A stretch of DNA of 64,000 nt. Origin: Vulcanimicrobiota bacterium (GTDB lineage: Bacteria > Vulcanimicrobiota > Vulcanimicrobiia > Vulcanimicrobiales > Vulcanimicrobiaceae). The position numbers and the translations under genes were made by a program. Below are positions 52,221-62,242 of this stretch, piece by piece (positions within the stretch are counted from its first letter, which is position 1; each line of letters begins with the position of its first letter). The stretch lies in contig OY970223.1 in the NCBI GenBank assembly GCA_963714015.1, forward strand, positions 1,664,001 to 1,728,000, in the 5' to 3' direction. The notes under the pieces are model-generated. The model saw only the letters and a program-made list of their open reading frames with translations, had not been told where the DNA came from and did not search any database.

Positions 52221-53316
52221 ATGAAGCGGAGCGATTTTCTCAATTCGACGGCCGCTGTCGCAGCGGCGGCAGCCCTCCCAGCGCCGGCCAAGGCGCAGGG
52301 CAATCCGTTCGACCCGCTACCAGGGCGCTGGAGAACGTTCGAGATTACGACGACTGTTACGCTTCCGCGCGGCAAGGAAGCGAAGCTGTGGATCCCGGTT
52401 CCGTCCTATCGTGAGATCGAGCTGGATGCTGCCCGGTTTGACGACGTGGGACGCCGGGAGCGCTCGCGCGGAACTGACTGCAGACGATCGTTGGAAGGCC
52501 GGGATGGTGTACGCGGAGTTTCCGCCAGGCGCAAATCCCCGGCGCATCGTCGCAAAATCGAAGGTCTCCATTCGCGATCGCCGGGTGGACTTACTGCGGC
52601 CCACTCCCGCGCCGGTACTGAACGCCGATGAAGTGGCGCTCTACACTGCTCCGACGAAGTTCATTCCGACTGACGGACTGGTCAAGCAAAAATCGGATCA
52701 GATTACGGATGGGGCGCGGGACGATCTCGAGAAGGCGCGCCGCATCTACAATTGGGTCGTGGAAAACACGTTCCGAAAACCTGCGACTCGAGGTTGCGGT
52801 TTGGGTAACGTCGAATTTCTGCTCCAGACCGGCGATCTCGGCGGAAAGTGCGCGGACATCAACGGTTTGACCGTGGGCTTGGCCCGCGCGGCCGGCCTGC
52901 CCGCGCGCGACCTTTACGGCGTCCGAGTTGCCCCGTCGCGCTTCGGCTATCATAGTTTGGGAGCGAACACGCCGATCGTAACAAAAGCGCAGCACTGCCG
53001 CGCGGAAGTCTTCCTTGGCGATTACGGGTGGGTTCCTATGGATCCGGCCGACGTGCGCAAAGTGATGCTCGAAGAACCGCCGGGCAATTTGTCCGCAAAC
53101 GATCCCAAAGTGGTGGATGCCCGGCAAACATTGTTCGGCGCTTGGGAGGGCAATTACGCCGCGTACAACGACGGCCATGACATCGTTCTGCCCGGATCGG
53201 TCAACGGCCCGGTTCCGTTCTTGATGTACCCGCAGGCGGAGATCGACGGCGAGCGGCTCGACTCGCTGGATCCGGCCGGCTTCGTCTATACGATAAGTTC
53301 TCGCGAGCTCGTGTAA
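52221..53316 (+). CDS. Transglutaminase-like protein with Tat-like leader (frameshift ~52415)
   Basis: MKRSDFL leader; catalytic GGKCAD, QHCRAE, MDPAD. Confidence 0.85.
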
Positions 53317-53339
53317 CCGCACGAGCGATTTGACTCACA

Positions 53340-53750
53340 ATGCCTGATCGCGACTACAGTCATCGATCGCTCATGGATAAGCTCGGTGTTGCGCCCGGAA
53401 TGCGCGTCGCCGCCGTCAACGTTTCAGATCAAGGCTTCATCGAGCTGCTGAGCGGAACTGCAGGAACAAAGCCGGCGCACTCGCTGCAAGGAATTTACGA
53501 TCTCATCTTTCTGCAGATTGACGCCGGCAAAGATCTCTCACGCATTGAGCGGGCTGCCGAACATTTGACGAATGCCGGCGCGCTCTGGGTCTTGCATCCC
53601 AAAGGGAAAAGCGCCGTAGTAAAGGATGCCGAGGTCCGAGAAGTCTATCTTTCATGCGGCCTAGTCGATAATAAGGTAAGCTCGTACAACGAAACGCATA
53701 CCGCTACGCGATGCGTTATCCCAGTGGTCCGCAGAAAACGGCGCGGTTGA
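53340..53750 (+). CDS. DUF3052-like protein
   Basis: SL.DKLGV.PG, GALWVL.PKG, GLVDNKV. Confidence 0.75.
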   Translation: MPDRDYSHRSLMDKLGVAPGMRVAAVNVSDQGFIELLSGTAGTKPAHSLQGIYDLIFLQIDAGKDLSRIERAAEHLTNAGALWVLHPKGKSAVVKDAEVREVYLSCGLVDNKVSSYNETHTATRCVIPVVRRKRRG

Positions 53751-53763
53751 TCCGTTGTCGCGC

Positions 53764-55731
53764 TCAATGCGACGCCTCCACGTCGTCCACTGGTGCGGCG
53801 TCGCGCCGCAGCGACCATGACGCAAGAAGTCCGATCGTCAGCCAAAACGCAACGGCGCCCGCAATGGAAAGCTCGAGCATATAGGCGTCGGGCGCCCATT
53901 GCTCTACGGCAAGCGACGTCTGGCTCGCATTTGCGATTGCGGCATTTGCGCCGGCACTTTCTGTAGCAACGTCCCGGCGAAGCCGCGCGATATCCGAAAG
54001 CGCCGAACCGGCCAGTACGATGTGCAGTTCGTAATCGTCCCAAAATGAGTAGTATTCGAGTTCGCCGTACGCCTGGGTCCGCCGGGCCGCTTCGAGAACA
54101 TCTTCCTCGCGCTGAGCGGCTCTTCCCAACTCGGAGTCACTGAGCTTGTTTGGATCGGCAATGGAGTTCATAACCTTCAGGTCAATGGGGCGCAGACGTA
54201 AGTTCCCGAAAAACGTTGGCCCCTCGTGATTTTCGGCCAGATGAGCGCGCTTTTGGCGAAGGAGCGCGTAAATCGTCATCCGGTTTGCAACGGCGGCCGT
54301 TTGCGCGCGCTGGTCGACAAGCGCCAGTCGCGCTCGCCGCTGCGGGTACGGCAGAGAGTCGAGATCACTCAGATGCGCCGCAAACCAATGCTGGTGCGTC
54401 TCCCGATCGACGATGTCGCCCAGATTCGCGATTTCCGACCGGCCCGGGGTTGCGATCGACGCGGGCAGATTATTGATAGCGCTTACATCGCTTAAGACAG
54501 TGTGAAACGAAGCGGTCACATGAAGTAGCCAAAGCGTGCACACGGTAACGAGCGCTGCGACGGAAAGACCCAGCGCGGGCCAATACGGCTCCACGTCACG
54601 GTCGCGTCTAAAGATCAGCGCGGCGATGAGCAAGACGACGGCGGCAACGACCGAGAATGGATGGATTTTGCGCAGGACGGTCAACAAGATCAAGACTGCG
54701 GCGGCGAGTGCGGCAACGATCGCCCAAAGCGATGCGCGTTCCGACGGCTTTTCCGTTAACGGAACGCTTAAGCCGAGAACGGCGCCCGGCGTAAACCACA
54801 CGATTGCCGCAAGCAGCGGCACCGCAGCGACCTGCGCCAGATCCGTCGCGAACGGCGCAAGGACGCCGGCGCAAAAGCCAACCGCGACGATGATGAGCGG
54901 CCACCAGCTTGCACGCGTTTTCGACATTGCCACGCAGACGGCAAGGAGTGCGGCGGCGCCGACTTTTCCCCACAGTCCGAACTGCCATAGAGTCGTCAGC
55001 ACCAAAATCGCAAGGAGGCCAAACATATAGACCGCGCCCGGCAACCCCGCTTGGGCGGCCTGGCTATGTTGAGCGGAGTTCAATAGGGTTTCGTAATGCG
55101 CCGTCCATTCGGAGGGCGAACGAATCGCGAGCGTCACCGCGTCAACGAAACGGATGCCCACGATGTAAACAACAACGGAAAACGGCGCGACGAGCAAAGC
55201 CGCCGACCCTCCGATGAGGAGCCCCCGCGTCCATCCGGGTTCAACGTCGTCGGTTTCGTAAACGGCAAAAGAAAGCGCCACAGCCAGCGCTGCCCCGGTC
55301 AATACCCAAAGCGCCGCGAGCACCATTAGATCGCGCGTGGCGCCGGGAGCGTTTTGCAATTCCGGACCGAGCAGCGCGGAGCGCAAGTTGAGAATCTCTT
55401 GCGGGCTCTGAAAAATTCCGATCGCCTCGTGCGAAGCCAGAATGAAAATCTCAAAAATTCCCAGCATGACGATCGTCGAGACAGCGCGCGACAGGCGGGA
55501 GACTCGCCGCTCTTGCGGCTTGGTCCCTTCGATGATCGCGCGTAGTGACTCGATAACGAATGACGCTGCAACCGCTGCGCACAATCCGAGGACGAAGCTG
55601 AACGCCGAGGTGTGCGTGACCTGCTCGCGCCACCACAAGATGAAGACGGCAAAGCCGCTCAGGACGCCCCACGCGCCGGTGAATGCACAGAGCAACGCCG
55701 CAGCTCTCCAAGACGGAGTAACGGCGCCCAA
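53764..55731 (-). CDS. Hypothetical polytopic membrane protein
   Basis: Roughly 13-14 hydrophobic segments plus a helical soluble domain; start placed after the XdhC stop. Confidence 0.7.
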   Translation of the reverse strand: MGAVTPSWRAAALLCAFTGAWGVLSGFAVFILWWREQVTHTSAFSFVLGLCAAVAASFVIESLRAIIEGTKPQERRVSRLSRAVSTIVMLGIFEIFILASHEAIGIFQSPQEILNLRSALLGPELQNAPGATRDLMVLAALWVLTGAALAVALSFAVYETDDVEPGWTRGLLIGGSAALLVAPFSVVVYIVGIRFVDAVTLAIRSPSEWTAHYETLLNSAQHSQAAQAGLPGAVYMFGLLAILVLTTLWQFGLWGKVGAAALLAVCVAMSKTRASWWPLIIVAVGFCAGVLAPFATDLAQVAAVPLLAAIVWFTPGAVLGLSVPLTEKPSERASLWAIVAALAAAVLILLTVLRKIHPFSVVAAVVLLIAALIFRRDRDVEPYWPALGLSVAALVTVCTLWLLHVTASFHTVLSDVSAINNLPASIATPGRSEIANLGDIVDRETHQHWFAAHLSDLDSLPYPQRRARLALVDQRAQTAAVANRMTIYALLRQKRAHLAENHEGPTFFGNLRLRPIDLKVMNSIADPNKLSDSELGRAAQREEDVLEAARRTQAYGELEYYSFWDDYELHIVLAGSALSDIARLRRDVATESAGANAAIANASQTSLAVEQWAPDAYMLELSIAGAVAFWLTIGLLASWSLRRDAAPVDDVEASH

Positions 55732-55745
55732 ACCGGGAATGCGCC

Positions 55746-56654
55746 TTAGCAACGCGCGCGTATGGGACCCTCGGTTTGGTCTAACGGCGCCCCGGAACGG
55801 CCGTTTGCATCTGCAACGATCTGTGCCAAAATGCTGATTGCCGCCTCGCCGTTGCCCGAGCCGCCTAAATCGAGGCCCACCGGTCCGTGGATACGCTTGA
55901 GCGCCGATTCGTCGAAGCCTAACTCGCGAAGCGCGTCGCGCCGCGCCGTCTGCGTGCGGCGGCTTCCGAGCAAACCGATGTAGGGAACGGCGGAGCGCAA
56001 CGCCGCCGCCAATGCGGGAACGTCCAGCTTCGGATCGTGCGAAACAACCACCACGGCGGCGGCATCCTCGAGAACGGCGGGCAGATAGTCGTCGGGCCAT
56101 TCCGTAACGACCTCGCTTGCACTTGGGATTCTCTCGTTCGTTGCGAATGGCGGGCGCGGATCAATTACCGCCACGCGAAAATCCAAAGGGCGCGCGAAGT
56201 AAGCAATCTGCTCCGCCAGCATCGTGGCGCCGATAACCGTTAAGCGGCGCTTTCCCGGTATCGTGAAATGATAACCGTCTTGCAGTTCGACGATAACGTC
56301 TCGTTCGCCGGAGATAATCCCGGCGGTCTTTTCATGGAATGTCGGCAAAGGTTTCCATACGGCGATTTTGAGATTGCCGCCGCAACCCGGACTTCCGGTT
56401 ACTTCATCCGCAACGGCGAGATCGATATTCAATAAACGGAATTGACCGTCCGCCAGCGTCTGTAAGCATGACTCGACGATATCGCTCTCGTAGCAGCCGG
56501 CGCCGATATTTCCCGCGATTCGTCCGCAAGCATCTACGGCGAGCGTTGCCCCGAGCGGCGCGGGCGCGGCTCCAATCGATTCGACCAGTGTTGCCAGCGC
56601 GCACGATGCGCCGCCGGCCATCCACTGCTCAACGACGGCGAAGGTTTCGCGCAC
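55746..56654 (-). CDS. XdhC/CoxI family molybdoenzyme accessory protein
   Basis: ALATLV...G.AP, GAGCYE, GCGG, SHDPKLD, YIGLLGSR, GPVGLDLG. Confidence 0.9.
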   Translation of the reverse strand: MRETFAVVEQWMAGGASCALATLVESIGAAPAPLGATLAVDACGRIAGNIGAGCYESDIVESCLQTLADGQFRLLNIDLAVADEVTGSPGCGGNLKIAVWKPLPTFHEKTAGIISGERDVIVELQDGYHFTIPGKRRLTVIGATMLAEQIAYFARPLDFRVAVIDPRPPFATNERIPSASEVVTEWPDDYLPAVLEDAAAVVVVSHDPKLDVPALAAALRSAVPYIGLLGSRRTQTARRDALRELGFDESALKRIHGPVGLDLGGSGNGEAAISILAQIVADANGRSGAPLDQTEGPIRARC

Positions 56655-56915
56655 GACGGCTCAAGACGCGCGAGAAGAGCTTATCTGCGACTGCGCAGGC
56701 GCCGGCGTCCGCGTCCGCTTGTTCGTTCTTCGATTCCTGCTCGCTGCGGCATTCATGATCCGATAGTTTCCCGAGCCTGGCGCCTGGGCCTGGCTTCGAC
56801 TTCAGCGCCGGCCGGACAAATGCGGGACGTTACTGCGCTTCGTCGGTTCGGCCGGAATGCGAACGGCGCTTGCGTCGTTAGTCACGAATCGTTAGTATTG
56901 CGCATTGGTACCGGC

Positions 56916-57905
56916 ATGCGGCTTTTGAAGCTCGCGGGCGCACTTGCGTTCGTGGTGACGGCGATCGCGGTAACGGATTGGCCCGCTGCCGCGCAGAGCG
57001 TTCCGGCGCCTTCGCCTTCGCCTTCGAACCGGCAAGATTTGCGTGACGCATGGTGGACTGGGCCAATGCTGGCGCCGTCGGCGGGCACGCTTCCCCGCGG
57101 GCACGTCTTGGTGGAACCGTACGTTTACGACGTTGCGCAGTACGGCAGTTATGATGGTAAGGGCGCGGTAAAAGGGACGGCACATTCCAACAGCTTCGGC
57201 TCGCTTACCTACATCATCTATGGGCTCGCGGATCGGTTCAGCGTCGGTGTGATTCCGACGTTCGGCTTCAATACGATTGCCGGCGGCGCAGGCAGTTCGG
57301 GAATTCACGCCGGCGATCTCGCCGCGCTTGCGCAGTACCGGATTGCGCTTTTTCGTCCAGGCAAGTGGATTCCAACGACTTCAGTGTCGGTGCAAGAGTC
57401 GTTTCCAACCGGCGCGTACGACAATCTCGGCGAACGCCCGGCGAATGGATTCGGCAGCGGCGCTTATACCACCACACTGTCCCTATATACTCAGACGTAC
57501 GTTTGGATGCCGAACGGCCGCATACTGCGCATGCGGCTCAACGCGTCTCGCACGTTTTCCGGCAATGCGCCCGTCGACGGCGTGAGCGTGTACGGAACCG
57601 GCCCCAATTTTCACGGATACGCAAAGCCCGGCGGAACGCTTACGCTGGACGAGGCGCAGGAATACAGCATCACCCGCAACTGGGTCTTTGCGCTGGACGT
57701 GGTTTATCATCACAGTGCCGCTACGCAAATATCCGGAACGACGCCGGCCGACTTGGGCCAAAGCGACGCTTACGAATTAGCGCCGGCCCTCGAATACAAC
57801 TGGACGTCGAACTGCGGCATACTCTTTGGAGTGCGCACGATACCGGCGGGGCTGAATACCTCTGCGACCGTGACCCCGGCTTTCGCCGTCAACATGGTTC
57901 GATAG
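56916..57905 (+). CDS. Outer-membrane beta-barrel transporter-like protein
   Basis: Signal peptide, PSPSP linker, WWTGP.LA, EPY, PTG.YD.L, APALEYNW. Confidence 0.7.
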   Translation: MRLLKLAGALAFVVTAIAVTDWPAAAQSVPAPSPSPSNRQDLRDAWWTGPMLAPSAGTLPRGHVLVEPYVYDVAQYGSYDGKGAVKGTAHSNSFGSLTYIIYGLADRFSVGVIPTFGFNTIAGGAGSSGIHAGDLAALAQYRIALFRPGKWIPTTSVSVQESFPTGAYDNLGERPANGFGSGAYTTTLSLYTQTYVWMPNGRILRMRLNASRTFSGNAPVDGVSVYGTGPNFHGYAKPGGTLTLDEAQEYSITRNWVFALDVVYHHSAATQISGTTPADLGQSDAYELAPALEYNWTSNCGILFGVRTIPAGLNTSATVTPAFAVNMVR

Positions 57906-57916
57906 GCGCCTAAAGG

Positions 57917-57949
57917 TGACATTGCCTGTCATATATCCCATGCTAGAGT
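57917..57949 (+). promoter_or_regulatory. TGACA-N5-TGTCA palindrome plus extended -10 (TGCTAGAGT)
   Basis: Seen directly upstream of the VOC gene. Confidence 0.55.
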
Positions 57950-57980
57950 GATAAAAAACAGAGACAAAAAGGAGAGGAAC

Positions 57981-58367
57981 ATGACCGCAAGTCAGACCAC
58001 CCCCACGGTCAAGGGCAAAATCACGGGGACCGATATCTCAGGATTCCTCGTGCGCGATGCGCAAGCCATGATCGCGTTTTATCGCGACGTTCTCGGGCTG
58101 CAGCCGACCGAGGTCGACGACCAAGGACGCGGCGCGGAATTTACCCTCGCCGACGGCACGACGTTCGGCGTGTGGAAGACGGACTCGGGCGAAACGGGCG
58201 GCTTCACCATGCTTGCCGTCGACGACATCCATGCCGCGCGCGACGCTATGGCCGCCAGGGGATTGCAGTTCAGCCCCATCGACGAGAGTCCGGTGTGCCA
58301 CATGGCCTTTGCCAAAGATCCGGAAGGCAACGCGATCATCATTCACGCGCGCAAACAGCGAGACTGA
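57981..58367 (+). CDS. VOC/glyoxalase family protein
   Basis: FYRDVLGL, AVDDI, DPEGN; SD AAGGAG. Confidence 0.9.
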   Translation: MTASQTTPTVKGKITGTDISGFLVRDAQAMIAFYRDVLGLQPTEVDDQGRGAEFTLADGTTFGVWKTDSGETGGFTMLAVDDIHAARDAMAARGLQFSPIDESPVCHMAFAKDPEGNAIIIHARKQRD

Positions 58368-58387
58368 ACTCGCTGCGGTCACGTCAA

Positions 58388-58418
58388 GACTCCGAGGCCG
58401 AGGGGCCTCGGAGTTTTT
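58388..58418 (+). terminator. Intrinsic terminator
   Basis: ACTCCGAGGCC-GAGG-GGCCTCGGAGT followed by TTTT. Confidence 0.85.
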
Positions 58419-58466
58419 GGCAAATGCGCCGCGCAATGAACGCGGCTCCCCGGGAGCCGCCGGAGG

Positions 58467-58798
58467 ATGCCCGTGATTGATCTTAAGACGAAGTGGATCT
58501 CAGCGCTGTCTTTCACGGTTTCGCCGGACGATCAGCCGCAATTAGCGCACGAAGCAGCTTTAGTGATGCAGCGCATCGTCCCCGTGCGAACGGGCTTCAT
58601 TCAAGGCGTCGTTATGGCAAACGAGCCACGCACGCAGCTGATCATCGTTTCCCAGTGGGAGTCTCGCGAAGCGTGGGCAGCCGCGCGGTGGGATGAAGGC
58701 ATCGCATCGGCGATTAGCCGTCTGGTTGAAAGTCGAAGACGTTCGAATTTCATACCTACGAACCCATTACGGTCGTTCGCGGACCTGCCGGTGATTAG
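58467..58798 (+). CDS. ABM (dimeric alpha-beta barrel) family protein (frameshift ~58734)
   Basis: GFIQG, VSQWESREAW; C-terminus KTFEFHTYE in the shifted frame. Confidence 0.7.
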
Positions 58799-58859
58799 CG
58801 CGCTGGTGGTCGCCTAGCAATAGTTCATAGCCCGCCAGGAACAGCGGGCCGGTTCCGTC

Positions 58860-58906
58860 CCAATGGTGATTGGCTAGCCGATACAGGCTAGCCAATTCTC
58901 CATTGG
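58860..58906. promoter_or_regulatory. Nested inverted repeat upstream of the lipopeptide gene
   Basis: ATTGGCTAGCC-GATACA-GGCTAGCCAAT flanked by CCAATGG/CCATTGG. Confidence 0.6.
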
Positions 58907-58934
58907 CCACCATGGCCGGAAGGACGGAACATTT

Positions 58935-59156
58935 ATGCGCAACCTCTTGCCCATTGCAGCGCTCGCGGCTTTAATCGGAACGCTGGCCGCGTGCGGCTCC
59001 GCCGACGTTCTCCCGCAAACTCGTCTTCAAAAGACTCCGCTCTCTCATCGCTACCCAAGCAATACCGGTAAGCGGTCCACCGGCAAGTCACCGATCATGC
59101 CGGATGTGGTTCCGACGCCGTCGCCGCCCGACTCGGGCGGTTCCATGCCGGGCTAG
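58935..59156 (+). CDS. Small lipoprotein/peptide precursor ending DSGGSMPG
   Basis: SD GGAAGGA; lipobox LAAC; 73 aa. Confidence 0.75.
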   Translation: MRNLLPIAALAALIGTLAACGSADVLPQTRLQKTPLSHRYPSNTGKRSTGKSPIMPDVVPTPSPPDSGGSMPG

Positions 59157-59176
59157 AGCCGGTCTTTTGGGCCTCG

Positions 59177-59212
59177 TGGCGGCGGGTAAGCACTAACCCG
59201 CCGCCATAATCT
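59177..59212 (+). terminator. Strong hairpin after the peptide gene (weak U-tract)
   Basis: TGGCGGCGGGT-8nt-ACCCGCCGCCA followed by TAATCT. Confidence 0.55.
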
Positions 59213-59219
59213 TCCCGAG

Positions 59220-60758
59220 ATGCCCAAAACGCGCCGGGTCGATCGATCGTGGGAATTCCGAATGTCCGCCGCTTTCGAAAGCGCCGAGTTTGGCGAAGCT
59301 TCGGCGATCTTCGTCGAAGCGGTGAAAAACGGCGCACGCCCCGACATTGGGACGACGCTCCTCCAAGGCCGCACGCTGCTCAAACTCGACGCGGACAAAG
59401 CTGTTCCGTTCCTACTGAAAAACCACGCGCGCGAAGCTTCCGGTGCGGTTCGCGGACGGTGGCATTTATATCTTGCAATTGGGTTTGCAAGATTGCGCGA
59501 GTTTGCACAGGCTGACGAGCATTTCGCCGCGGCGGAACGCGAGTTCAAAGGACGTCGGGAAGGTTTGGCCGAGATTTCCTATCAGCGCGTGCGCCGGTAT
59601 TTGCTCGAACAGGATATTCCGCGCGCGTGGCGTTTTTGGGATGAAGCGGCAAAAGATCCTTCGCGCCTCGGGGCGATTCGCGCAGAACAGCTGCGATCGT
59701 TTATCTATGCATTTGAAGAAAACTATGTCGAGCAGGCGCGCTGCGTCCTGAAGGTCCTGGATCTCATCGGCACCGATCGCCGATCTGCAATTGAGGAATG
59801 GTGCACCTCCGTCCATACTGCCTCCGTTCTCGCGCGAGAACTCTCCATGAAAGATCTCTGGGTGCGAGCCGAAGCTGAGGTCAACGCCGACGTGCAATGG
59901 CCGGAGTTTTATAGCGCCGCCAAATTCCAGGCGTTCAAGGCAGTGGGATGGTGCCGCGCGCTTCAGGGTGACGGCCTTGGATGTTTCCGGTATCTTCGGG
60001 CCGCGCAGCTTGCGGCGCCGTCGGCAGCGTATTCCGTCATCGTTTTGCTGGACCGGGCCTACTTCGCCGGGACTCTAGGTGAAGAGCGGTGGGCCGCAAA
60101 CGAACTAGCTTCAGCCGAGGAACTCGCCGGCGGCGTCGATTGGGATGCCACTACGGAGGACGAGCGCGTGGGCTTGCTGCTGCTGGCGCAGCTCAGCGCA
60201 CCCCTCGACAGCACTCGGGCGGCCTACTATTTGGCGCGCTTCAAAAACCTGGGACGATTGCGCTCGAATCTGCACCACTTTGCATTCGATCGACGCTTGG
60301 ATGCGATTGCGGCGTACAGCGCCGGCGTCGTGAAGAGCGTGGAGGGAGATGCGGAGCAAGCCCTCGAGCAATTTCGTTCGGCTTGGGCGACATTCGATCG
60401 CATCCGGTACGATTGGCGCGCGGGCCAAACGGCGATACAGCTTTTTAGGTTAACTCAAAAAAACCGCTGGCGTTTACTGGCTGAAGAGAAACTCGAGCTT
60501 TATCGGTTTTCGTGGCTGATTCGGGGGTTTGGCTCCGGCGCAGGCGACCCAGCGCATTCAGTACCGGCGCTGACGCCTATGCAGGATCGGATCTTCCGGC
60601 TGATTTGCCAGGGCCGCACGACCCAGCAAATCTGTACGGAACTAGGTCGCGCCGACAATACCGTGCGCAACCACGTGAAGGCGATATTCAAAGCGTTCGG
60701 CGTGAACACGCGAGCATCGCTGGTCGCCGAAGCCGTTCGCCGCGGTTTGGTGAGATAA
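59220..60758 (+). CDS. TPR-like helical sensor with C-terminal LuxR HTH
   Basis: LTPMQDRIFRLICQGRTTQQICTELGRADNTVRNHVKAIFKAFGV; ~440 aa Ala-rich helical N-terminus with no REC or ATPase motif. Confidence 0.85.
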   Translation: MPKTRRVDRSWEFRMSAAFESAEFGEASAIFVEAVKNGARPDIGTTLLQGRTLLKLDADKAVPFLLKNHAREASGAVRGRWHLYLAIGFARLREFAQADEHFAAAEREFKGRREGLAEISYQRVRRYLLEQDIPRAWRFWDEAAKDPSRLGAIRAEQLRSFIYAFEENYVEQARCVLKVLDLIGTDRRSAIEEWCTSVHTASVLARELSMKDLWVRAEAEVNADVQWPEFYSAAKFQAFKAVGWCRALQGDGLGCFRYLRAAQLAAPSAAYSVIVLLDRAYFAGTLGEERWAANELASAEELAGGVDWDATTEDERVGLLLLAQLSAPLDSTRAAYYLARFKNLGRLRSNLHHFAFDRRLDAIAAYSAGVVKSVEGDAEQALEQFRSAWATFDRIRYDWRAGQTAIQLFRLTQKNRWRLLAEEKLELYRFSWLIRGFGSGAGDPAHSVPALTPMQDRIFRLICQGRTTQQICTELGRADNTVRNHVKAIFKAFGVNTRASLVAEAVRRGLVR

Positions 60759-60984
60759 CAGGAAGGCTCGCCGAAAGGCGAGCCCTGCGCTGCCGTCGCG
60801 TATGCGGTTGCCCGCATACCGGGTGTGGGCGACGCTTTGCGCGGCACACTCACCGCATTTGCCCTCGTCCCAGCGATCGGACTCTTTAGATTCGGCGCTG
60901 TGTTTAGGCTACCTTGCAGAGGTATGGCGCCAGGAGTACCGCGCTAATTGCGAAAACAAGCATTAGCCGATTTCGGCCAAGCGA

Positions 60985-62242
60985 TTATGATTCTCGGGTG
61001 TGGTGCCGGGTGTGGGCGACCTCCGTCAGCCGATCGACGCGCTTCAATTCCGGGAACAGCTTGATCCACAGCCCGATCACGGCGAGCGTCGCAGCGCCTC
61101 CCAAAACGACTGAGGCTTGAGGGCCGATCAGCGCCGCTACGCCGCCGGATTCAAAGGCGCCCAATTCATTGGACGCGCCGATGAAGATGTTCTCCACGCC
61201 GCCGACTCGTCCGCGCAGATGGTTCGGCGTGCCGAGCTGAACCAAAGCGGAGCGCACGACGACGCTGACCATGTCGAAAGCGCCGGTGAGTGCCAGAGCA
61301 AAAACCGAAATTGCGAAATTGCGCGAAAGGCCAAAGGCGATAGTCGCAAGGCCAAACCCCGAAACACATGCAATGAGCAGCGGACCGGCACGGCGCGAGA
61401 TGCTGTGCCGCGCTATATATAGGGCAACGAGCGCCGCTCCAAAAGCCGGCGCCGCGCGTAGAATCCCGAACCCCGTTGCGCCGACGTGGAGCACGGCCGT
61501 TGCGAAAATCGGAAGCAGCGCCGTTGCTCCGCCGAACAACACCGCGAAGAGATCGAGTGAGACGGCGCCGAGAATGACGCGCCGTGAGAAGATGAAGCGG
61601 ATGCCTTGGACCGCTGCAACGAGCACCGGTTCGTCGTGCGCTTCGATTGCATGCGGTTCGAGCAGCGCGAACGCCATTGCGGCGACGACGTATGCTCCGG
61701 CCGCTGCAATGAACGCAAAGCGGGTTCCCAGCGCAATAAGCACACCCCCTACCGCAGGTCCTGCAATCCCGATGCAGCTGCGTTATCGACGAAGAGAACG
61801 CCTGAGCGCGGGCAAAAGATTGATGTGGTACGACGTTGATGAGCAACGAGCGCTGCGCCGGAATTCCGGCGGCATGCGCAATACCAGCTACGGCCACCGC
61901 CAAAAAATACCACGCGGCATCGCGGACGTGCACCGCGATCAGCACGGCGAATAGAGCCAGGCCGCACGCCTCGGCAATGGACGATACTACGCAGATAAGG
62001 CGGCGATCCGCGCGGTCGGCCAGCACGCCGGCCGGGAGCGCCAGAAGCAGCTGCGGCATGAACAGGATGAGGCCCACCAGCCCTAAGTCGAAGGCGCTAT
62101 GGCGCAGAGAGTAAATCTGCCAGCCGACAGCCGTGTCCTCGATGGTAAACGCCGCAACCGCGCTCTGACGCGCAAGAAAATATCGGTAGAATTCGGCGCC
62201 GAATACGGGTTTGGGCGAGCCGTGCGACGTAGGAGCGCTCAT
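60985..62242 (-). CDS. MFS transporter (EntS-like; frameshift ~61773)
   Basis: VGWQIY, AGVLADRADRR, SLDLFAVLFGGATALLP, RGRV, GASNELGAFESG. Confidence 0.88.

Noticed and set aside
55732..56100. N-terminal 123-aa extension of the 778-aa ORF
   Set aside because: Arg-rich out-of-frame overlap with xdhC; the membrane protein begins after the xdhC stop
56655..56900. Small ORFs between xdhC and the beta-barrel gene
   Set aside because: No convincing start or RBS and no motif
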